NCBI RefSeq assembly: GCF_009914755.1
Contig: NC_060936.1
Length of the DNA: 64,000 bases
Direction: 5' to 3' (one strand)
Origin: the human T2T-CHM13v2.0 reference genome, Homo sapiens
A program made the position numbers and the translations under genes. Position 1 is the stretch's first letter; each line of letters opens with the position of its first letter. Below are positions 55,664 to 64,000 of this stretch, one piece after another. Under the pieces are notes generated by a model that was not told where the DNA came from, searched no databases, and saw nothing but the letters and a program-made list of their open reading frames with translations.

Positions 55664-55966
55664 ATTTAGAAGTATGGAGAAGAAATCATTATAAGAAATG
55701 TAAATGCTTGTGTTTGAGAAATGCCATAGGGCTTATGGATGTAGTAAGGTACTGCTGCTCTGTATTGTTTAATTTTTCAAATCATGTGCATGTATTATTT
55801 TGATGACAGTATTTAAAATACTTGAAAATTTTAACTGCCATCTATAATGCAATACATATGTGTATACATATTTATGTGTATGTATGTAATAATATAATGT
55901 GAAATATTGGGCCCTATATTTCTAAAACTTTATCCAATTATCTAAAAATGCAAAAAAAAAAAAAAA

Positions 55967-57385
55967 TCTGCACAGCAAAGAAAACAAAAGAATGGAGAGA
56001 CCGCCCACGAGTTGAGAGAAAATATTTGCAAACCATACATCAGATAAGAGACTAATATCCAAAATATAGAGGGAATTCAAATAACTCAACAACAAGAAAA
56101 CAAATACCCCAATTAAAAAATGATCAAAGGATCTGAACAGACATTTCTCAAAAGAAGAGATATGAATGGCCAATAGACATGTTTAAAAATGCTCAACATT
56201 ACTAATCATCAGGGAAATGTAAATTAAAACCATGTTGAGATATCACCTCACACCTGTTAGAAGGGCTGCTATCTATAATACAAATGGTAAGTGTTGGTGA
56301 GGAATTGGGGAAAAGGGAACCCTTGTACACTGTTGGTGGGAATATAAATTAGTACAGCAATTTTGGAGAACAGTATGGAGGTTCCTCAAAAAAACTAAAA
56401 ATAGATTTACTATATGATCTAGCAATCCCACTTCTGGATATATATATACGTAAAGGAATTGAAATCACTATGTCAAAGGAATGTCTGCCCTCCCATGTGC
56501 ATTTCAGCACTCTTCACAGAAGCCAACATATGAAAGCAACCTAAGTGTTCATCAGCAAGTGAATGGATAAAGAAAATATGGGATTATACACAGTAGCATA
56601 CTATCCAGCGTTAGAATAGAAGGAAATTCTGTCATTCACGACCACATGAATGGAACTGGAGGATATTATGCTAAGTGAAATAAGACGAGCACAGAAAAAC
56701 AAATACTCTATGATCTCACTTACATGTGGAACCTAAAAAAGTCAATCTCCTTTGGGAGGCCGAGGTGGGCAGAGCACTTGAGGCGAGGGATTCAAGACCA
56801 GCCTGGCCAACATAGTGAAACCCTATCTCTACTAAAAATACAAAAATTAGCTGGGCGTGATGGCGGGCACCTGTAATCCCAGATACTCGGAGACCAAGGC
56901 AGGAGAATTGCTTGAACCTGGGAGGCAGAGGTTGCAGTAAGCCCAGATGGTGCCACCGCATTCCAGCCTGGGGAACAGAGCGAGACTCTCATTCAAAAAA
57001 AAAAAAAAAAAAAAGAAAAAAAAAATCTGTCTCACAGAAACAGAGAGTAGAAAAGTGGTTACTAGAGGCTGGGGGGTGGGAAGGGATGAGGAAAACGGAG
57101 ATGTTGATCAAAAGTTACAAGGTTTTAATTATACTGGGGGAATAACTTTTAGTGATCTTTTGCACTGCATGGTGACCAGTTAGTTATCACTGTATATTTC
57201 CAAATTGCTAAAAGAATAGATCATTAACATCCTCACTACAAAAACATGATAAGTCGGTGAGGTGATGCATATGTTAATTAGCTTAAGTATTTGTACTATC
57301 TACTATGTATACATACATTGAAACATCACATTGTACCCCATAAGTATACACAATTATTATCTGTCAATTAAAAATAAATTAATTA
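55967..57385 (+). mobile_element. L1MA-type 3' fragment (ORF2 end and 3' UTR), Alu-interrupted
   Basis: 'ctgcacagcaaagaaaacaa', 'gacatttctcaaaagaaga' and 'gcaatcccacttctgg'. Ends 'gtcaattaaaaataaa'. Confidence 0.92.
56750..57025 (+). mobile_element. Alu SINE, 5'-truncated, inserted in an L1MA 3' end
   Basis: Starts at ctttgggaggccgagg. The L1 sequence resumes after the poly(A). Degenerate TSD aaaaaagtcaatctc / aaaaaaatctgtctc. Confidence 0.92.
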
Positions 57386-58649
57386 AAGGAATGAAATAGA
57401 AATGCAAAATTCTTAGGGCCTTATTTGCCTTGAATTCATTGACACAGACAGTTCTCAATGACACAATCATAGACGAGAAACTACTAAAGGTCATTAAACA
57501 TCTTGATAACATCAAAACAATAGATGAGATTACTTGACATGATCATACATCTTTAAAAAAAAAGCCTAGGAAATCTCTATTCATCAGTAATTGTAATTAT
57601 TCAATTGTAGGCAGGAAAATTCATCTGTAGATGAAAGCAGACATCACAGTCTTGGTCAAACTTAAAAAAGCTTCAAGTAAAATAGAATTTAATTGACCTA
57701 CATTATTCTTTAATCAAGGCATTTACTGTGTCAAGAAGAATAACATAACAGGAGGATATACCAATACCAAAATAAAGTTACTGTAAACAGACATTTGGCA
57801 GATAATATGAGAACAACTTTAAATTACACAAATGTGTTCTATTAATACCAGCAGTAACTGAGATTACGCAAGTGAAAATTCTCTACAGACTGGAAAGACA
57901 AGCACTGAAAAATCTTTGAGAGTTTTGATCTCAGTCATAAAATGTATTAATGATATATCTTTAGAAGTATCCCTTAACTATTTTGGGTCTGTTTCCTCAT
58001 GTAAAAAATGAGGAATATTTTTTTTAATATTTGGTCACATACAATTATAAAAATTCTGACTTTATGATTCAAATTTAAGTTGGTATTTTCTTATTAGCAT
58101 CAGACACTAAAGAAGCATTAGGTTGTCTGAAGGGAATATTCTCTCAGGAACTATTAGAACAGTGAGTACAGTTTGGGGAAACTTCCTCTGGATGATTAAT
58201 GTTTTGTATAAAGAATCTAAAATTCCTTAATCTTCAGAGCGAACAAAACATTGAGTAGAATTTTCCCATTTTATAAAAAACTTTTTGTATCATTAGCACT
58301 ATTCTCACCATCAACATTGGGAGAAATCATTTAAAAATAAGAGGCATTATGTTAGGCATGCCTCACATATGACTGGCTGATTTACACTTGAGGCTACATT
58401 TTACTTTTCACATTTTGTAAAATGAATGCAGATTCTTAAAAATATCTCTGAACTTGGCAAGAATCATACCTTAAACGTAATTATGTAAAGCCATAATTTA
58501 TGGAGTACCTCTATTTAACAATCCATGCCACTCAATTTACCCTAATTTTATACTAAAATAGGTAATAAGATATTAGAGAATATTAAAAATAAATAAATTT
58601 CCTTTAATTATGAGTAATTATTCCATTGAATTTTACAAACCTATTAGTT

Positions 58650-59305
58650 TTTCATTTTAATGTATTATTAAAGAATAATTTACACAGAAAAAAGGATACA
58701 GGTCAATGTATGCACAGCTCAAGATCTGTAACCAATACATCTGTGAAATCCTGCAGTCACATCAAGAAATAAAGCATTACCAGCACCCCAAAAGCCTCTC
58801 TTCTTTTATTCCTTTCCAGGGTAACAACTATCCTTAATTTATAAATAGCAAAGATGAGCTTTGCCAATTATTGTACTTTGTAAATGGGAAGTTATACAGT
58901 ATATAGTATTTTGTGTTTGGCTCATGCACTCATTGCGATGGTTGTTAAATTCATATATAGTTGTGTGCAGTTGTAGATCACACATTTTTATTGCTGTATA
59001 GTTTTCCATTTTAAGAATAAACCACTATTTATGCATTCTGTATTTGTTGGGCATTTGGATAGCTTCTTGTTTTGGGCTACTATGAACAGTGATACTCTGA
59101 ACATTCTAGTATGTATCTTTCGGTGAGCATATGTATGTATTTCTGTTGGATATACACTCAGAAGTGGAATTGGAGTCACAGATATACATTCATATGCTCA
59201 ACTTTAGTATATACTGCTGAACGGTTTCCTGAGTGGTTATGCCAATTCACATTCTCACCAGCTGTGTATTATTAGAGTTCCAGTTTCTCCATATCCTCAC
59301 TACAG
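58650..59305 (-). mobile_element. L1ME-type 3' fragment
   Basis: 'gggtaacaactatcct' and 'gggcatttggatagcttc...ttttgggctactatgaacagtg'. Confidence 0.8.
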
Positions 59306-60223
59306 TACACATTTTGTTTAAAAAGCCTATTATTTTTAATTCAGTAAATTTTCCTTCAGCATTTACTGAATGTTAGCCACTTTACACTGGCCATCTTGTT
59401 CAATACTGTAAGTGATGAAAATCCAGAGAGTAAAAGTGCTTTTGGTATCTAGAACATACATTTCAAACTATTCTTTCAGAACTAATGAGCTCTCCCATCG
59501 CCTAAACAACAGAATGCAAAATGATTTTATTTGGAAAGAAATGGAGGAGATTGTTACAAACTATGACACAGACTTCAAAAATAAAGCATTCAATATTCCT
59601 TTGATATCCCAGTCAATATCATGTGTACCAATCTATCTGTGATCTTATGGCTAAATCAACATATAATATGTTTGAGAGCAATGAAAATACACTATATCTG
59701 TAACTTTTTCTTATGGCAGAGAATTGAAATGGATGATCCAAGGACCTGATCTGATCATGGTTGTGTTTTGTTTAGTCTTGATTGATTTATCCACCTTTTT
59801 TGGATAAACGTTGAAAAACTGAGACATTCAACAGTCAGACTTCTGACTTTTCTTGGAAAACAAAAATAAGACTGAGTAACAATAAACTCAATAAATGAGA
59901 AAAATTTACAGTCCTTGTGGTTGATGCAGGTGATCTCCAGATTCCCATGGTCCTTACTCCCTCATTATCCCTTCCGTGGGGTCTGGCACCAGAGAAAAAC
60001 AGCACCAACTAGGCACATTTTGGGATCACTGAGTTCTTACACTAAACCCAATTCACTCATTGCATTACCTTTCTCACTCTGGGGTTTAAATGCTTACAAA
60101 ACAGACATTCTATGTTGTAACATTATTATTTTATAACAAGTTATCAAGAACTTAAGAGAAAATGGCTCCAGGTTACAGAAATATTTACGATGACTACTGA
60201 TAATAAATACAGATCCATGAATA

Positions 60224-61421
<1,198 letters not shown>

Positions 61422-64000
61422 AGGGGAGGGTTAGGATTCAAGACAAACTGCCATCACAGATTAAAACATGCTATCACCCCAAGCATAGTAATTATTTAGT
61501 GGCGCATTACACTTGTTTTTGACATTTTGTCAAGAAGACAGAAGTAAACTAGAAGATCAGAATGTTTAATCTATATCCTGTAAACACACCAGAGTTGGAC
61601 AAAGAAGATGTGAACCTATTTAAAAAACAGTTGTAGCTTTATTGAATATTTAATTTATATTATATTATAAGTTATAATAGCCTCTGGAATAGCTCAGTGA
61701 GATAAACTATTGTGTCTTTGTTTTGTTTCCATTTCTTTCCTGAAAAATATGAAAACAAAAGTTTTTTAAAAGCAATTTCTGTAAGTGAATTAGAGGTCAG
61801 CAGAACATAACTACAGAAAAAAAATGTTTGAAGGACACAATGTGATGTTAACTTGAAGTAATGTGATGTTTACTTAAGGAGCTGAGAAACTGCTCTTGGG
61901 CTGCTGTGAAGCCATTAGAGGCAAGTTCAATGTCAACCAAGGTCGAGGTTAAACATAAAGCTCCCCAACAAAAGCCAAACCAGATTTCACTGGCAAGTTT
62001 TAGTTAAAATCATTTCTGAAGGAGAGCAGAACAGTCATGGCAGGTCTTCCACAGTCTGTGCACCTCATGTGCCCTTACCCAGGTATATGGACACCTCCTC
62101 TGATACATGCATGATCTTCAGAGGAACTTCCTCAGTGCCCATTTCTTCCTATTCACTAGCATCTGAGGGGATGTTCTTTTGTTTCTTTGTTGAAAAGAAG
62201 TACTTGTATAGAAAAGATTCTATCCACCAATGCTAATAATAAAAAAAGGATAGAGGTAACTAATTCAAAATAGCAGGTAATACTACACAATGTGCCATTA
62301 TATCTCAGAGATAGAGAGTTATAGTTAGAAAATCATTTTCTTCTTTTTTAAATTCCCTGAATTACATTGAATATACACACTAACTAGCAACATAAAAAGT
62401 CCTTCTCTAAGTTATTTACAGGAACATTTTTATAGAAAAGCAACTTCCTCTTGTGCCTTCCCCAAACCCTTCCCCTTCATTAAAGCTTACTTACAGGCCA
62501 TTTTTCATTACCCAACCATCATGTAGTTGAAATGTGAATAATTGGATAATTTATCTAAGAACATTACAGAGAAGTTGCATATGCTGCAGTAAGTTATAGA
62601 GCATATCTCAAAAGCAATATAAATTACAATAAGATATACACCTTTCTTCTTATTCCTTGTCCCAACTTTCAGATTCAACCAGGAGTCGACTATAAATCAT
62701 TTTGGCATAAATACCATCAGGCATATTCCAAAACAGAGAAACAGTTACAATTGTGTGTACCAAAGCAAACTGCATATCATCACTGACATATAGGATATGA
62801 AGTTCTTCCTCAAACATCCTCCCTGTATTGAGGACCAGGGTTGAGCAGCTGGCACTCCCAGCTTGGTAGGCGATCCCAATCTCACTCACTCTCACTACAT
62901 TCTTCCAGAAGTTGCATGCTAAATGCAAGAGTCTCACCTTGTGCTAAAAAGTTGATAGTTAAGTCGATTCTTAAAATGCAATTGCATGGCTGGTTAAAAT
63001 ACTTCTGTGGAGCTTCATTTTGGAAAGAAATCTAGAATAGTAATAGGATCCTATTAAATACAATATGCTATTTTTCTTTTTTTAATTAAGAATTTTAAAA
63101 GGACCTGTATCCTCCTTTGGTCCCACCTGCTGTCCTGATCCACTTTGTACTTGTACTTCTCCTCCCACACAATAATCCTTCATTTGTGTCTGCTCAGGAG
63201 CAAATCATTCTTATTGGTTGATGCAGATTTTAATGTAAGGCAGAAAAATTTTGCTGTATACCATCTGCATAGAAATTACTTGGAAAGCAGAATGATGCTA
63301 TGCATACAACAGGTCTCTTCTAATGGCCACAGAACATTTGGAGCGTGGTTTTTCCTAACAAAACCATTCACGGAGAAGTTCACACAAGAGGGTGAAAAGT
63401 CAAATGCTTGGGACACTTCAGTCATTCCTCCAGCAAAAAGAACAATCTGAAAGTGCAGGCCTCATGGAAATTAGCATACATTAAAATTACCTTCCATTAC
63501 GCAAATGTTCTTGTATAAATCACTTGAGGAATGGGACAAAAAAAAAAAAGAAAAAAAGAAAAAGAAAAGGATTTTGGGTGGATCCCCAGGACTACAGTAT
63601 GATACAAAGTTGATCAAGAATCTTTTACTTTGAAAAGAAGAAGAATTAGAGTCCAGTAAGCTACATTCACCACTGGTCTCCATTGGAGACTAATGGACTA
63701 ATTGGAATAAAATATTTCTCAAAGATAGCCACTATCCTTTCTAAACCTAAAAGGGGTTATTCAGCCTTTATTATAATTTAGTCATTCAGCATATAAGAAA
63801 TGAAGAATAACCATAAATACATGATAGTAGCATTTGTGACACATATTCAGATACATTCGTGTGTAAAACAGGGTTTTGTTTTCCTCCAGATTCCATTCTA
63901 AATAATGTAGTGATATCATAGATTTCCTCAAACTCTAAGCACAAAGAGAATCTCTGTGAAAGTAAGATGGAGCCATTTTCTGATGATTATAAATATAGCC

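Overview
Non-coding primate (human-like) genomic DNA. It is AT-rich and CpG-poor, with about 17 Alu copies, L1, L2 and MIR fragments, MaLR and ERVL solo LTRs, hAT MITEs and a truncated HSMAR2 mariner. No protein-coding exon, tRNA, rRNA, CRISPR array or prokaryotic feature can be supported, and many of the supplied ORFs come from Alu, L1 or microsatellite sequence. By eye the + strand is A-rich, which tentatively suggests a long intron of a gene transcribed on the - strand. I could not identify the host gene. The most interesting non-repeat signals are: (1) a candidate - strand recursive splice site (TTTCAG|GTGAGT, 21679/21678) plus several small-exon or zero-length-exon candidates; (2) a candidate internal - strand promoter and first exon near 9.0-9.25 kb; (3) a + strand 49-nt exon whose 5' splice site can be hidden by an internal U1-like sequence; (4) a tandem hairpin inside an exon-like ORF at 12.1 kb; (5) several templated-insertion scars; (6) an inverted copy of an Alu's own 3' end just upstream of its insertion in HSMAR2. 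Repeat subfamily calls come from recalled consensus sequences, and boundaries of old repeats are approximate.
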